From Eledone cirrhosa (lineage: Eukaryota), in the NCBI GenBank assembly GCA_964016885.1, contig OZ024745.1, positions 130,014,001 through 130,078,000 on the forward strand: 64,000 nucleotides of DNA, given 5' to 3'. Positions within the stretch are counted from its first letter, which is position 1; every line of letters begins with the position of its first letter. The notes under the pieces are model-generated. The model worked only from the letters and a program-made list of their open reading frames with translations, was not told the DNA's origin and made no database searches. The position numbers were made by a program, and so were the translations under genes. This document shows, piece after piece, positions 41,304 through 56,749 of the stretch.

Positions 41304-43379
41304 TAGTATATATGCGTGTGTATTTAGTTAGGTGTGTACGTGTTTATATCTCTGTTTTTATTTATTCTGCTAATATTTGTATGTGCATTAGTCTATTAAA
41401 TAAAGAAAGTTTCTCCACATGTTGTTAGAGAATCTTCTCGCTGCTTCCTTGAGCTGTTCGGAATAGTGCCAATCCTTCCTTAAAATCTCCCATTGTATTA
41501 AAAAAGGAAGAGAGAAAGCACATTAGTACATTTAACCCCGGATACAGAAAAAGGGTGGAGTGATCACGCTGTAAAGCTTTTTATCAGAAGTGTGCCGGTT
41601 AGGCTTCTTGGATTCAACATGTTCGTTTATCATTTACTATCATCTTTAAAATGATTGCCGTTATTTTGCTATTGGTCAACTTTGATTAAACATACTCAAG
41701 CTCGAGGGCTTTCTTGCCGTGGCCCTTGCATCATTTTAGATATCGCTAGCACTGCTTTAATAAGATGATGGCATTTTATTTAAAGAACAATCAACTGCAA
41801 TTTCTAGCAGCTAGAACAAACATTCGTTTGAGATTCATGCATTTCTCAGATCTTTTAGGGATATAGTATGTGCCAAATCTTGAATTCTATGAAGCAAAAC
41901 AACAACACACACAGAATAGCAGTCGAGCCAATGTTATTGTGTATATTGTATATACCGCTCGCCGACCGACACTGGTAGACTACAAACGAACAGACTACTA
42001 CTACCCTGTATGTCACCAACATACCTACCACTAATAGAACGCAAAGAATTGGTACGTAAACACAGGCCCACCACCACATCACTCTAGTGTGAAGGGAATG
42101 ACCACTTCGAACTGTAGATGACCGCACCAATATCGCACCCACACGCGTTCAATAGAGAGTAGTTTCTTTCAATTGTGCGCATACACCAGATAAAGAAGGC
42201 CACACATTGTTCCCTTCCCTACATACCTCTCTCCCCTCAGGATGCCGCTGTCGATGGATGTGAAATCCGGAATATAGGGACCACTAAATCTCTTCTAGTT
42301 TGCTCTATCTCTGGTTTTCTTTTCACGCCTTTTTTACGTTATCTGCGTCTCTTTTAACGCCTCTTCCTACTTTTCTTTCTCGTCCTACTGCCACCTAATT
42401 TTGTTACCCGGAGATTTACCCATCTGCATTGTAGAGGCTTCCAAAACGGGTATTTTAAATATAGATAATGTTTTGCGCGCGGTTAGTAAAATTGCGTTCA
42501 TCAAATGTGTTTTTGTTTTATTTTGTTACGAGGTCAACTGAGAGCTAAAACACATTTCACATTACAATGTTTTTAAATGTTTCCAAATCATTTGATTAGA
42601 TTAATTCATTTTACTAATTAATTCATTTTACGAATCAAAAAGAGAGATTCTACGTGGTCAATCAATCCGCTAGAGATAGCAGCAAGATTTATACGAATCT
42701 ATTCATTATTGATAATGTAATACTTGTAATCCCCAAAAAGACCATTAGATAAATCCCATGCAAACCTTAAAGGAATTGAATGGGGCCCAAGTTTGTGAAC
42801 CTCCTGGTGGTGGGACTGGAAACCGTTCACTGAGCTCTGATTTTGAGTACCCAAACGAAAACAACCTGAGATCAACACATATGCAAGAGCAAGATGAATC
42901 GAATTGAATCTATAATCGTTGTGAACATTTTCCTATGATGTCAAGTGCAATATGTGATTAAGTGAATAACAATGTTATAAAGAATCTTTGTATATAACAA
43001 AAAAAATCTATAGCTATATATTGGAACATTAATACTCGTATATTAATTATTTCTCCTCCTTCACCTCTTGATAATATATTATTTGAGCAGTTAACTTCTC
43101 TGGAAGTTAACTTCTCAGGAAGATTGAAGCAACGGACTATATGGATATAGTATATGAGGCAGTCTATTGGATATTAAGTGAGTAGAATTAGAAAAGTTTC
43201 AACTCTATATAAAAAATGAGATGATATCACCTTGCACTAACAAGCAAGTTCTGGTCTATGCATATATTCTTTATCCATATTGTATAGGTGTTGTAATCAG
43301 TAATAGCTTTCTGTATAGGTAACAGTTTACATAAGCAGAGCTACAATAATAACGTGCATGATTTACACTGTAATTCTAA

Positions 43380-44150
43380 AATGTCGTATATAAACACAAG
43401 AATAGGATACCTTTCTTAGATTTCCGAGAGTGGATGTGATATATTTTGATAATGCTCAATATAATGTTGTGTTTATATTTTGTGTAAATAAAGATGTGTC
43501 CCAAATTAATGAATATATTGGATTGCTTATAGCAATTAACCGAGAGAGAATTCTTATATTTTCCCATCAGGTTAGTGGCCTCGATATTTAAACCAAATGT
43601 GATCCAAACCTAGCTTTGACAAAAATACACTAGCATAAGATATGTATAACTTAACAATCTATGTATAACTCAACAAGATATGTATAACTCAACAAGATAT
43701 GTATAACTCAACAAGATATGTATAACTCAACAAGATATGTATAACTCAACAAGATATATATAACTTAACAATATATATATAACTCAACAAGATATATATA
43801 ACTCAACAATATATGTATAACTTAACTATTGGTGGTATAAGAAGTAAATCCATCGATTTCAATGTAGATGTCATCCTCTCCTGTGTGCAAAACTACTGGT
43901 TGTATTGCATTCGCTTAACGCTCTTTTAATAAGATAAGCTCCAATACCTTAGGTTCAATTTGTTTCGACAAAATAAAAATATTAGCTCTTAGCGAGTCTT
44001 CCACAAGATTTCATATGTTGGGGACTCGGGGAGTAATGTTGTGGTACATCCAAGTAAATTAATGTAATACTTAAATAGGATTTGCGTCGATATGAACGCG
44101 AACTGAAAAGCACCACTAACAAGATTCTACACACCCAATGTATCTCCTTC
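43380..44150 (-). pseudogene. Degraded PLE RT remnant interrupted by a minisatellite
   Basis: LDVP..., ESPTYE (cf. GSPTY), DDIYIEIDGFTSYTTN (cf. LVSFDV.SLYTN) and HSRKSKKGILFL (cf. FT.E.E..G.LPFLD), in the correct order. Confidence 0.4.
43637..43826. repeat. 19-bp minisatellite, ~10 copies (aagatatgtataactcaac)
   Basis: Direct reading. Confidence 0.95.
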
Positions 44151-44800
44151 AATTCATATATATTTGTTATATAAAAATGATTATGTATTTTTAATTGGAA
44201 AAAGGCCACATTATTGTTTCAACCAAATATATTACTGGTACCAGTTTATTGAACCCGCAAATCATAAAAAACACAAACTGATGACAATGACATTTAGATT
44301 AAAAACCTAAATGGACGTAATAAAAATAATGTAATTTCATTTCGCTCGGTGCTTCACCACTTCCATTTTTTCTATATCTTTCATCATCATGTAATATATA
44401 TGATAATGATATATTTAACACTTTTGTTGTTGCTACGAGTGCTGATTATGATGTTTGTAATACCTCCGATGTCGAGTGCAACTAACATAAATATTGATTA
44501 ATCGATATCTGAATTGATTTCCTTAGATTGCAGCCTTTTATGTCAGATTGAGGCTATTCAAATTAACCCTGGAGAATGGAGAGGAATGCCAGATTTTAGT
44601 GCACATCGGTCAATGGTTACGGTATCGAAAACACGGTTTACAACGGCTAGCGAAAGTATAGAATTCTACGTCAGATGTTGGAATATGAATTGGTCGGCAT
44701 ATTTATATATTATGCATCATCACTATTATGTATATATGCATATATATATATACATATATATATATATACATATATATATATAAATATATATATATATATG

Positions 44801-44886
<86 letters not shown>

Positions 44887-45191
44887 CGCGTGTGTGTGTG
44901 TGTGCGTGCGCGCGTGTGTGTGTGTGTATAATTTAATTCCTTCTTTACTCGATTCACTTACGTTTAATATTATTAGTACCTTCTTCATTGAATAATAGGT
45001 TAGAAACTTATTGAACGAAATACTATATTGAGGACATTAATATTTATGTCATCCAGTATAATAGATTCACTGATGGTTTCCAGAATTCATTCAAATTTTA
45101 CCTTCTATATAAAGTAAAATTTGACTGTGTGTATTGGAGACACTATCTCTTAATGTCTCTCTCTTTCTCTCTCTCTGTCTCTCTCTCTCTA

Positions 45192-45266
<75 letters not shown>

Positions 45267-45642
45267 TAAGAAAGAAGGACAAGTCAACGAACAGAAACAC
45301 CAAAACGGAAAGTAAATGTTTTCAGTGGTGAGATATTAAAAAAATTATGATTTAATATAAGTACAAATGAAGGGCACAGCACTGCGTAGTCATCGGCCGT
45401 TGAGATGCACTTGGTCAGTTTTCAGCCCTATCAATGGTACTGTTGGCCCATCTGGGGTCACAGCGTCTGACATAAGCCAAACTCTGTCCATTGGAGTAAA
45501 ATCAAGAGAGAAAAATGTAATTCTTAGCCGTTAAGATACAAAACACAGAGTTTTGTGTGAGGCCAGGGAAAAGTCTGGATATGAGAGAAAGAGGGAATCA
45601 AGGTGTATTGACATGAGATGAGGTTGTTAGAATAGTTTCAAA

Positions 45643-46295
<653 letters not shown>

Positions 46296-46758
46296 TTATA
46301 TATATACATATATATATTCACATATATTGCTATAAAACGCCCTGATTCCCAACAGTCCATCATATACTTCACTCATGTTGGCCTACTACTAAATTGAGTA
46401 AAATAAAGACGATTAATATTACGATATTTAATGCTTCCGCTAGATATGTAGTAGAATTGTCGCACCCAATGAACTGAATAGTACATATTGTTTTGCAAAT
46501 ATTCAAAATATGATTTGAAAGGTAGACTTGTTTGAAGTAAGACAATCACATTATTGCCAATGATTCACTCTTCCATGCATGATTTATAACATTTAGTTTT
46601 TGCATCATAATTTTACGTATAGTCATGTATAGTTAAACAGAATTATATGATTGAAAGTTATATATAAATATATATATATACATATACACACACACATATA
46701 TATATATATATATATGTGTGTAATATATATGTGTGTATGTGTGTGTGTGTATGTATAT

Positions 46759-46821
<63 letters not shown>

Positions 46822-46834
46822 AAGGTGTGTGTGT

Positions 46835-46905
<71 letters not shown>

Positions 46906-47155
46906 GGGGCAAAAATGAAAAAGTGAAGATAATCGGTATTATTGATTTTTATTCAATGGGTGTATATGCTTCTCTGAGAATATGCCTATAATTATGGTAT
47001 CGGTTTGTATATAACTTTAAAGAAAACACGATTTTCGAATAAATACAGAGAAACGAAATAGGGATGGAGTCAAATAAATGCAGACACATCATACATACAG
47101 ACTCACATATAAATGTATATATATATATATAGAGAGAGAGAGAGATAGGGAGAAA

Positions 47156-47208
<53 letters not shown>

Positions 47209-47265
47209 GGGGGGGGAGAAATAGAGAAACACAGAGAAAGAGAGAGAGAGAGAAAGAGAGACAGG

Positions 47266-47299
<34 letters not shown>

Positions 47300-47470
47300 C
47301 AGAGGGAGTGAGAAAGGAAGATACATATACATATATATGCACATACACGCATATATATATATATACATACGCACACACACACACATATATATATTTATAT
47401 ATATATTTATATATATATATTTATATATATATTTATATATATATTTATATATATATATATCTCTATATAC

Positions 47471-47529
<59 letters not shown>

Positions 47530-47994
47530 TATTTGTATGTCTGCATACTTATAAATATATAGATACCCCCCCCCCCCCCATATTTACAAAAGTATATAGA
47601 TATATATATATACACACACATTCATAGATATATGTTTGTGAGTGTTTGGGGAATGTTTGTGCGTTTATATTTATACTCCTATCTATGTATACGGGCTACG
47701 TGTGTCTGATGTCTTGTTTGCGCATGCGTATGTGTTTGAAAATTCATATTCAATGCAATTTAATGCTAAAATCGTCAATGTTGAAAAAGCAATATTATTT
47801 TATGATGAAATGGATGTTCTCGTTTGATATTTTGTGTTTGTTTATTAACACTATATTTTCATTAAATCATCTCTGATTTTATATTTACTACCCTAACTGA
47901 TATATCATATACTCACAGGAACACACCTACCCAATCATAATATATATATAACTATATATATATGTGTCGGTGGGAGTGCATGTACATATATATG

Positions 47995-48031
<37 letters not shown>

Positions 48032-48255
48032 GCGATTGTGTTTATATATCCGAATATATATATATATAAATATATATATATATACATATATATATATATT
48101 TATATATATATATATATTCGTATATATAAACACAATCGCATCGATATTCCTGGAAATCAAATACGGTCTTGCAAACTGCACTCCAACATACCCACTAACA
48201 TATTGTCGATAATGTGTATCTGAAAATCAATTTCTGGTATAGCTATAATGTCTCT

Positions 48256-48287
<32 letters not shown>

Positions 48288-48316
48288 CAAATGTATATAT
48301 CATTATATTATTGTAG

Positions 48317-48391
48317 AAATGACCTCTACAGGAATAGACCTGTTTCATTCGCCTTATGAATGGCACAGTCCTAGGCCTGTAGAGGTGATTT
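48317..48391. repeat. Half-hammerhead hairpin related to 52303-52430
   Basis: cctctacaggaatagacctgtttcattc..gaatggcacagtcctaggcctgtagagg, lacking CTGATGA. Confidence 0.7.
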
Positions 48392-48620
48392 CCATAATAC
48401 AATTAAAATGCCTATAATCTACTTACGTTTTTACTCACTTTTTAAACTGTGGTCACAACCCGATATACATTGTAAATACACATATGCGAGAAAAACCTAC
48501 AAACCCTCCATCTCAATTCTACTTTTAATAAGCATAAACATTCTGAAACCGGTAAAGGACATAAATATATACATTTTAAAAGATTCCAGTTGCATAATCG
48601 ATTTCTTTTCGTTATATATT

Positions 48621-48951
48621 TCATCATCATCATCATCATCATCATCATTTTACGTCAGCTTTTCCCTGCTTGCAAGGGTTGGACGGGTCCTATTCAGCAC
48701 AGCATCTCTCCACTTATCACTGTCCTTCGTCATCTCCTCGGTGAGTTTCAGCGATCTGTGGTCTACACTCACCACCTCCGCCCATGTTTTTCGTGATCTA
48801 CTCTACTGCGTCTTTCTTCCACTGGGACTTCTTGGCACTTCTTCACCCATCGGTCATCCTCCATGTGCATCACATGTCCATACCATCTCAGCGGTCTCTC
48901 CTCCACACGACAACTTATCCCTCTTATACCCAGTTTCTTTCTCAACAGGTC

Positions 48952-48955
<4 letters not shown>
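48621..48955 (-). mobile_element. RTE-clade LINE 3' end with a (GAT)n tail
   Basis: LRKKLGIRGI....ERPLRWYGHVMHMEDDRWVKKC; (TCA)n at 48621-48648. Confidence 0.85.
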
Positions 48956-49014
<59 letters not shown>

Positions 49015-49158
49015 GTATATGGTTGACGGCTGAGAAAAAGCGTACTCAATACCCAAGAATAATTCACATATTCATTCTATTTCGGCTAAATGTTTAGTCT
49101 TATTACTCTGGAATTTTCATCAGTCAAGAGTTTACTCTGTATATATATATATGAATAA

Positions 49159-49335
49159 TAATTGTTTCTACATTTGGCACAAGGGCAGCAATTACCCAGT
49201 ACATTACTGGTACTTTATTTTATCGATCCCGTAAGGATAAAAGGCAAATTTAACATCGGCTGGATTTGAGCTCAGAATTGCAAAGGCCGTAACTCTATGC
49301 GTCAAAGCATGGCGTCCGACCCTCTACCGATTGCG
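49159..49335 (-). mobile_element. tRNA-derived SINE
   Basis: Family match. Confidence 0.88.
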
Positions 49336-49463
49336 CCGAAACATCCGTGATCCGCAGTAAACTAATGACGAAGGGAGACTGAACCTCTTGTTTGTGTCTC
49401 CTTACCTTCTAACACCTGTAATCAGTAACCACACAGCTGCTCCTTTCAATCCATAATTTTGAA

Positions 49464-49567
<104 letters not shown>

Positions 49568-49651
49568 AAAGGTAAACAGAAATAACAACACATTCGGTAG
49601 AGTATATGGAAGGTATATATTAGGTTAACGCTTGATATAGCAGGAAGAGGG

Positions 49652-49687
49652 TCTTAACATTTCGGACGCTAGTCCTTCATCAGAAGA
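49652..49687 (-). ncRNA. Minimal type I hammerhead motif
   Basis: Minus strand TCTT-CTGATGA-a-GGAC-tagc-GTCC-GAAA-tg-TT-AAGA. The host element 49561-49750 is homologous to 59327-59550. Confidence 0.75.
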
Positions 49688-49891
49688 AAGAATGAGAAAT
49701 AAAATAGATTGAGGAGACGGGCGGGATGTAATTGGGAAAATGTCTTTAGATAAAATATATATATAAGGGGTATTACATGGAATCTGACATCGATATTGAT
49801 AGAGTCATAGGAGGAGTGACATAAATATTTACTTAAACATAACACACTAACATATCATCATGTTATGAGGCTACTGTCCGTGCTTTAAGGG

Positions 49892-50245
49892 TTATACTTT
49901 ATGACATATCTATATACTTTTGTAATAATTCACGACGGAAATCTCTTTCATCTTCAGGCTATATATATGTGTGATATAACTTTCTGACATATCTATATAC
50001 TTTCGTCTTCAGGCTATATATATGTGTGATATAACTTTATGACATATCTATATACTTTCGTCTTCAGGCTATATATATGTGTGATATAACTTTATGACAT
50101 ATCTATATACTTTCGTATTCAGGCTATATATATGTGTGATATAACTTTCTGACATATCTATATACTTTCATCTTCAGGCTATATATATGTGTGATATAAC
50201 TTTCTGACATATCTATATACTTTCGTCTTTAGGCTATATATATGT
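49892..50245. repeat. 55-bp tandem repeat, ~6 units
   Basis: gacatatc recurs at 49986, 50041, 50096, 50151 and 50206; the first unit (49903) is longer. Confidence 0.95.
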
Positions 50246-50779
50246 TTGTGACTCTAAAAAGTGACTTGCATCCTAAACTATACACTTCGCATGATCCCTA
50301 CCTCTACTGTAGATCCACGAGTCCTCATCCACGTTATACACCGTATCCTACTCCTCCCTCTCGCATCCTCCCCCATTCTCCTCATCATCATCCTACTTCT
50401 TTTCATCCTCCAACTGCTCCACCTCCCACTTCTTCACTTCTTCCTCTTCCTCCTCCTCCACCTCATCATCACCCCCTTCCCATCATCATGAATCTCCTCA
50501 AAGTAATACCAATACGACTTTCCCAAATCTCTGCATGTTTTACTGGAATTGTAGCGAAATATGGTGTATATTATCTTGCAAATCTACGAAATAATATTGA
50601 AAGTCTTCCGGGCACAAAGATGCGGAATGAATAGAAGACTGGAATCAAGGATTTATTGATATAACATATCCACACTCTGGTCAAACTCCCCATTCATCTC
50701 TCTAACATAGATATATTTGTACTAACATACAAAATAATTAACGCCAATATATTACATCAAGCAACAATAACAACAACAA

Positions 50780-51050
50780 CAGCAACAACATCAAAATATT
50801 CTTATATTTTGCTGATATGTGCTTCTCTAATAAAGGCAAACATTTTTCCTGCTCTAGTCTGGGTAACCATAGAATATATACCGATATTTTCAGTATCTGG
50901 AAAAGCCTGAACATTAATTTTCTACCTCGGTACAACATTAATTTACTAAATTGTCTTGCTATTGATTCGACATTGATGTAATCTGTAACATAAGTTACCT
51001 TGATGATTATATAATATACAAGAACTAAGATTTGTATCATGCCATTAATA
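50780..51050 (-). pseudogene. Possible degraded PLE RT N-terminal remnant
   Basis: DTNLSSCIL (cf. ADKNLG.VI) and IFYG/LPR....K..PL (cf. FYGLPKIHK..PLRPI). Confidence 0.3.
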
Positions 51051-52142
51051 CTGTTCGGTTAACGTAATAAATGTACTTAAATATCTCATGAAGTGTACAT
51101 TAAGAGTTAAATAGGTAACATGAAAAAAGATATTTATTTATGTACCAGGGATATAAATGTGTAATTTTAGAATAGTCTTTCGTATGAGAATGCTTTGATA
51201 AAACGGCCGAATGATTCATGAGATTGTGGCGGAAAATTAACAAATCGTAAAATCTCAAAGATCATAAGGAGTTCAAAGAGACCACAACAAAAACTCGCGT
51301 ATGCATTTTTACGACAAAACAGATTATGCGAGTCTATAGTTATGCGAGTAATATGGTTAATGCATACATATGCAAGATCTATGCAGTATCAATTACAAGA
51401 TATTTCGAGATGATAGATAAATATGTTTGTTATTCATGTCATTTGGTCTTTCTGTTGATATACACGTCATTGTTGTGTTGAACACAAATGAATGTTATTC
51501 TTATGACGTTTAATCCGATTACAGATTATGTTTCTAAATCTGTCAGTGAAGTTAATGAACTCAACATTTTAAAGACAAACATTAATGTCTAGCTTTGCAA
51601 TACGATTTTATTTCTGCCTCTAAGATCTATCGTCTACTAACCTATAAACTTTCACATAATTAATGTTTGGTTGATTATCATTATATATATAATCATATAC
51701 AAGGTTATTAGAATATTTTGATGTGACTCATATATCACACACACATATATAAATATATATATATATATATATATGCACAAATATATAATGGAAAAACACG
51801 AGGAAGTTTCATTTACGTTATTTATATATATATGTTCATGTCTTTTTTTTTTGCAAGATACTTGATGAGAAATCGTGTGTTGAAACTGATATTATTATAT
51901 TAGGAGATGGTCATGTTACCAGTATCGCCAACAAAAAGAGATATGCACAATATGATTTTCACCTAGTCTTTATTGCTTGTTATTCATTCGTTTGTCAACA
52001 TTCTTTTGTCACAAATTTTGTGACCTCATTTGCCTCCTCATCAAAAAACTTCTACTCCATCTTGTCTTTCTTTGAACAGCGAAAGTGCGCTAACAGTCGG
52101 AGTATGTAAAAAAGTTATATATATATATATATATAAATTATG

Positions 52143-52236
<94 letters not shown>

Positions 52237-52237
52237 G

Positions 52238-52426
52238 TTATTCCGGGTTGAATCGGAGGTAACCACAGTAAGTAAGGTACTCAATACATAGCAGAGTATA
52301 AAAGTTTTAATATAGATGAGATTCTACAGGACTAGAACTGTTTCATTCTTTAGAAATCATCAGGAATCCCTGATGATTTCTAAGGAATGAAACAGTTCTA
52401 GTCCTGTAGAATCTCATCTATATTAA

Positions 52427-52430
<4 letters not shown>
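52238..52430. mobile_element. Tail + 128 bp palindrome (52303-52430) with two mirrored hammerhead cores
   Basis: On + at 52370-52403: CTGATGA-tttc-taa-ggaat-GAAA-cagttcta-GTC, mirrored at 52330-52363. The tail is homologous to 9575-9640. It is (TA)n-flanked. Confidence 0.85.
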
Positions 52431-52486
<56 letters not shown>

Positions 52487-53049
52487 TATTATTTAGTAGA
52501 AACAATTATTTATATATATATATATATAATTATTATTTATATATATATACCATAGAATTTGACTGAATTAAGCACTCGATAATTGTGAATAGAATGTAAA
52601 TTTAATTTTCCAAGTATGAAAACATTGCAGTTTCATCTTGAGTGCTTTATCTTGCTGCTAAGATCAAGAAACCCAGCTGAGAATTCAAAGTCCCTGTCAC
52701 TTCTCCACTTAGAAAATAATATATATACACATATATAAATTTACGACCCAAATCGGTGTTTTATTTGATCAACCAACTATCTCCACTTGAATACTATATG
52801 TGTATGTCTGTGTATATTTGTATATACATTTATTGTTATATATATATATATTTCATAGTGCATACATATAAATGTGCAGTATTCTGATTTGATTATATGA
52901 GAAATATTTTTCATGACTCGTCATGGTTCATGAAACTTTCTGGGGTTCTATATTTTAAGGAATGTAATTTTCCCAGACTGATTTAATTCAGAGTATATCT
53001 TTTGAACTGATTACCTTCACTGTGACATCAAAGCAAAAATGTTATTTAA

Positions 53050-53450
53050 GATGTCTTGTCAACTCTTGTATTTCCATAAACATTTTGGCACCAGTAAATT
53101 GAATATTTGTATTTTTTTTAATATACTTTCCTGCAATTGTGAAGAAAAAATATTTCATAACCGCGGAGTTTAAATGGCATTTATATACAGTGTTGCATAT
53201 TAATTCAACACGTTTTAGAGTTTTGCGAATCATCATGTTATAATTGACATAGCTTTTACAGAATATATTTTTCATTGCAGCCTCGTCAGTTTGCCGTTCA
53301 CTTCAATGCAGCCTTTCAATGTAAAACCATTTTGATTGATGATAGATTATTTCAGTCAAAATCCTTCGCTGAAGATCTTTCAAATAACCGCTTTTCTGTT
53401 CAATTATGTTTTTATGCAATTGTTCCGCATTATTTGGAGCTGTTTTCTCA
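53050..53450 (-). pseudogene. Possible degraded PLE RT thumb remnant
   Basis: IINQNGFTLK and MIRKTLKRVELICNT (cf. I..L..RA..ICS). Confidence 0.35.
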
Positions 53451-54560
53451 TAAAATGTATATAATCAATAGCATAATACATTGATTTATTCTAGGTTCGA
53501 ATTGATGTTTTTTTAACAAATACTAAACAGCTTCCATGAAAATTACATTATTATATGTCCCCTATTATTACAGAACTACAAAAATCGCCAACTGCAATCG
53601 GTTTCCTTATAACTAACCACAAATTCTGAATAATTAATGAATTCACCAATAATGATATAAATAGAAACAACAATAATTATATCACGACATTTTACTTTGA
53701 CCCGCGGCCATACATTTCTTTAGTGGATATAGTTGAATATATCGTATCTAATATGACTGGTACTTTGTGTGTCAATCAAAGAGAGCAGAAACATACAACT
53801 AACCACAGTGGTATTAGAATTCAGAATACTAAACGAAGGAGTCAGACGTAGAGGAAAGGAACTTTCTGTTGATATTTACTATTTCACTAAATTTCCCTGA
53901 CCCTGTATAGATGATCAGCTTGCCCTCCACGTTCACTTCAGTGGATTGGAGAATAAAATATGCGATATTATTCTTTTTCTCCAAACATTAAAGGTTTTCT
54001 AGAATCAATTACAACATAAAACAGTACCATATTGTATTCACAAACAGCATCTGACCCTAATAACCACGATTAAGGAAAAGCTTGTCTTTTCGCATCTTAT
54101 TCTTCAATTAAGCAGCCAAATATTATCCGATTATTAACATACTTCCAGTAATGTTAGATATATATTTCACTAACCCTCTTTCCACCACTCGACATGACAC
54201 CCATATATTATACGTAACCGATACCCTGCTCTCATCTTTATCAATATCTATCTGGGATACAACTCATCCAAATAATATAAACGAGGAAATCATCCAATTC
54301 TTATTTGTTTATTACATCCATGATTCAAATCCGCCTGGATGTTAAACAAGTATAATGAACACATGGCAGAGGTAACGTTCATAATGACTGCACATCTTAT
54401 CTATAAATATATATATATGTGTGAGTGTATGTGTTTTGTGAAAGAGAGTGTGTACATGAAGGACTTTCGTCCGAAACGAACCCTCCTCCACATCCTCTAG
54501 GCGTGAACCTAATAAGACTTTGCATTTTTGTACCCCTGTGTTTGTTTTGCTTTATCTGTT

Positions 54561-54603
<43 letters not shown>

Positions 54604-54637
54604 TGAGAAAAACCACAGACTCTCCATCTCAACTGTA

Positions 54638-54673
54638 CTTTTGAAAAGCAGAAGAACTGCGAAACCGGTAAAG
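54638..54673 (+). ncRNA. Hammerhead variant with a UUGAAAA core
   Basis: CTT-TTGAAAA-GCAG-aagaa-CTGC-GAAA-CCGG-TA-AAG, the same core as 20698-20735. Confidence 0.65.
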
Positions 54674-55105
54674 GAACCAAATATATATATATATTTTTTA
54701 AAAAATAAGACTCCAGTTGCATTTTCGATTTCATCCTTTTTTCTTTATATATATATATATACAAATATAAATTTAGCGAGAATCGCATTTCGGCGGGTAG
54801 AAATTAACGAAACGCAACTTCCGAATTGTGTTGACAAGCGCTCAATGGATATGAAGATACCAGAGCTATAAACATAAGTTTAAAAGGTCATACAAAACTG
54901 AGACGATGGTTAAGAAGCCATTAACCACCTAAGCAAAAAAAAAAGCGAACAAACTAAACGGGTCAAACAAAATAAGATATGATATATATATATATAACTT
55001 TGAGTATGTGCTGGTTGTTTACCGACACTTAAGTATGCAGGTTAGAGCACTCAACGCAGTGAGCATGTGGGTCTGTTTACTCCGGAGTAATATAAAAACA
55101 TCAGG

Positions 55106-55159
55106 CTGATGAGGTCATAACTGTTGAATAATGATTATGACTGAAATATATATAGCAGC
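55106..55159 (+). ncRNA. Hammerhead motif (7513 family), 5' strand of stem I lost
   Basis: CTGATGA-g-GTCATAA..TTATGAC-t-GAAA-TATATA-TA-GCAG. Confidence 0.65.
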
Positions 55160-56749
55160 GAATATAAATAAACGAAATTAATTTTAACTTGTTGATTTAC
55201 ACTTTTTGTTTATATATATATATATTCGTTTGTGTGTGTATGTGTCTAAAATAGCGGTGATGTAAGTATAAAAACCAATAATATTAGTAAGGTTTTTTTT
55301 TCCCTCGAACAATCTTTCCTCGCAAATCTTTACAATTTACCAAAAAAACACTTTGTTTCGTTTCAAAATGTTGTTATATATCTGTTATTGTGTTTCCACG
55401 TACTACCAACAAATTATTGCTTTCATCCAATAAGTTGCTTAAGCGATAGTATATATTTCCATAACAATATCATTCAGTTTCAATAAAGTACAATAAGTTC
55501 GTTGCAATGAAATCTAGAAGCTGCCATTGCTACAAACGCGTATATATTTGGAAATATATGAAATTGATTTATGTTTTCAATTCATAACCCAAGATATATT
55601 GATGATACGATGTTGGTATTTCAATCCCTGGGAATAAGAATCTATCCAAAACGGGTAGATTGCGTAAACGGAAGAAAGGAAAATGGTGAATAAAAGAAAT
55701 GTGTACGAAAATACGATAAATGCGATAAACTCTCTGCAGCCTTCAAACAACAGATTTATAGATTTTTTCTTAACATCTAGATGGTTTTGTACCCTTTCAT
55801 CTATTAACAACCAAATGTTGAGTGGTCTATATTTACACTCCACAACCTTTTCTTTATAAGCACCATCATTGATTTTAATCCGTTGGCAAATTTCATAGTC
55901 AGGTCTGTAGCTAAATCGAGCGGAAATAAATAAATATGTTTTCTGACAATTGCTAGCTTATGCAACATTTCCATAAATATCTTTGATATTCTTTTTGTCA
56001 GTGATGGCAATCTTGCACATCTTTAATTCTTATAATATTAATATGAATGAGTTTCACATCTTGAGGCAATTGAGGTACGGAATAACACTTAAATGCGATC
56101 TTGTCTCATCTCTTTACATGTGTAATTGACGGCTTAACTCTACTGTAGAACAATTATGTAACAAAAAAATACTATCTTGCATAACTGTTGTTAATGATTA
56201 CTCGTAATTTAATGTGTACAAATTTTCTATAAAATATTATTTTACGATTATGTATCTAGATATGTATATTATTTATCGTTCCTCAAATCTTTTTCTAATA
56301 ATATTTTTGCAAGTAACTGCTACGTATATTTGTTTATATCAAAGCATTGCAATACGCAAGAGGCCAATTAAACGGGGTGGAGGTATGAATTGTAAAATCA
56401 ATATAAACCCTTTCCATATGTGGCAGATAGAAATTCAGAATTCAATACTTGATGTGTAGATCAACCAAATATAAGTCAATAAAAATGTATTATTATCACC
56501 ATAGAATACGTATCGATATTATAAATATTATAGCTTGTTTTCTATCTATTCAATATTATTACCATATCCAGTATAAAATTAATAGATCGGCGGGTATATA
56601 CAAGAATATGTGCATTTCGAACTTAGGAGAAATAACCATACCCGTATCACTACAGCCTTGCACATCATCACATACCTACAAATCATCAGACATTGAGTAT
56701 AAATGTAAGCTGTGGAATGATGAAAAGACTTGATGAAGGAAATGGAGAC

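Noticed and set aside
42232-42280. tccc-CTCAGGA...GAAA...TA-ggga
   Set aside because: The core is mutated and stems II/III are poor; possibly a decayed motif, not counted
43637-43826. CRISPR-like regular repeats (also 49892-50245)
   Set aside because: Head-to-tail tandem units with no unique spacers, no cas genes, and a eukaryotic context
54454-54485. ATGAA-GGAC-tttc-GTCC-GAAAcg
   Set aside because: Good stem II, but the CTGA and cleavage triplet are missing; a remnant at best
55577-56010. Two overlapping minus-strand ORFs
   Set aside because: No motif recognised; cannot be assigned without a database search
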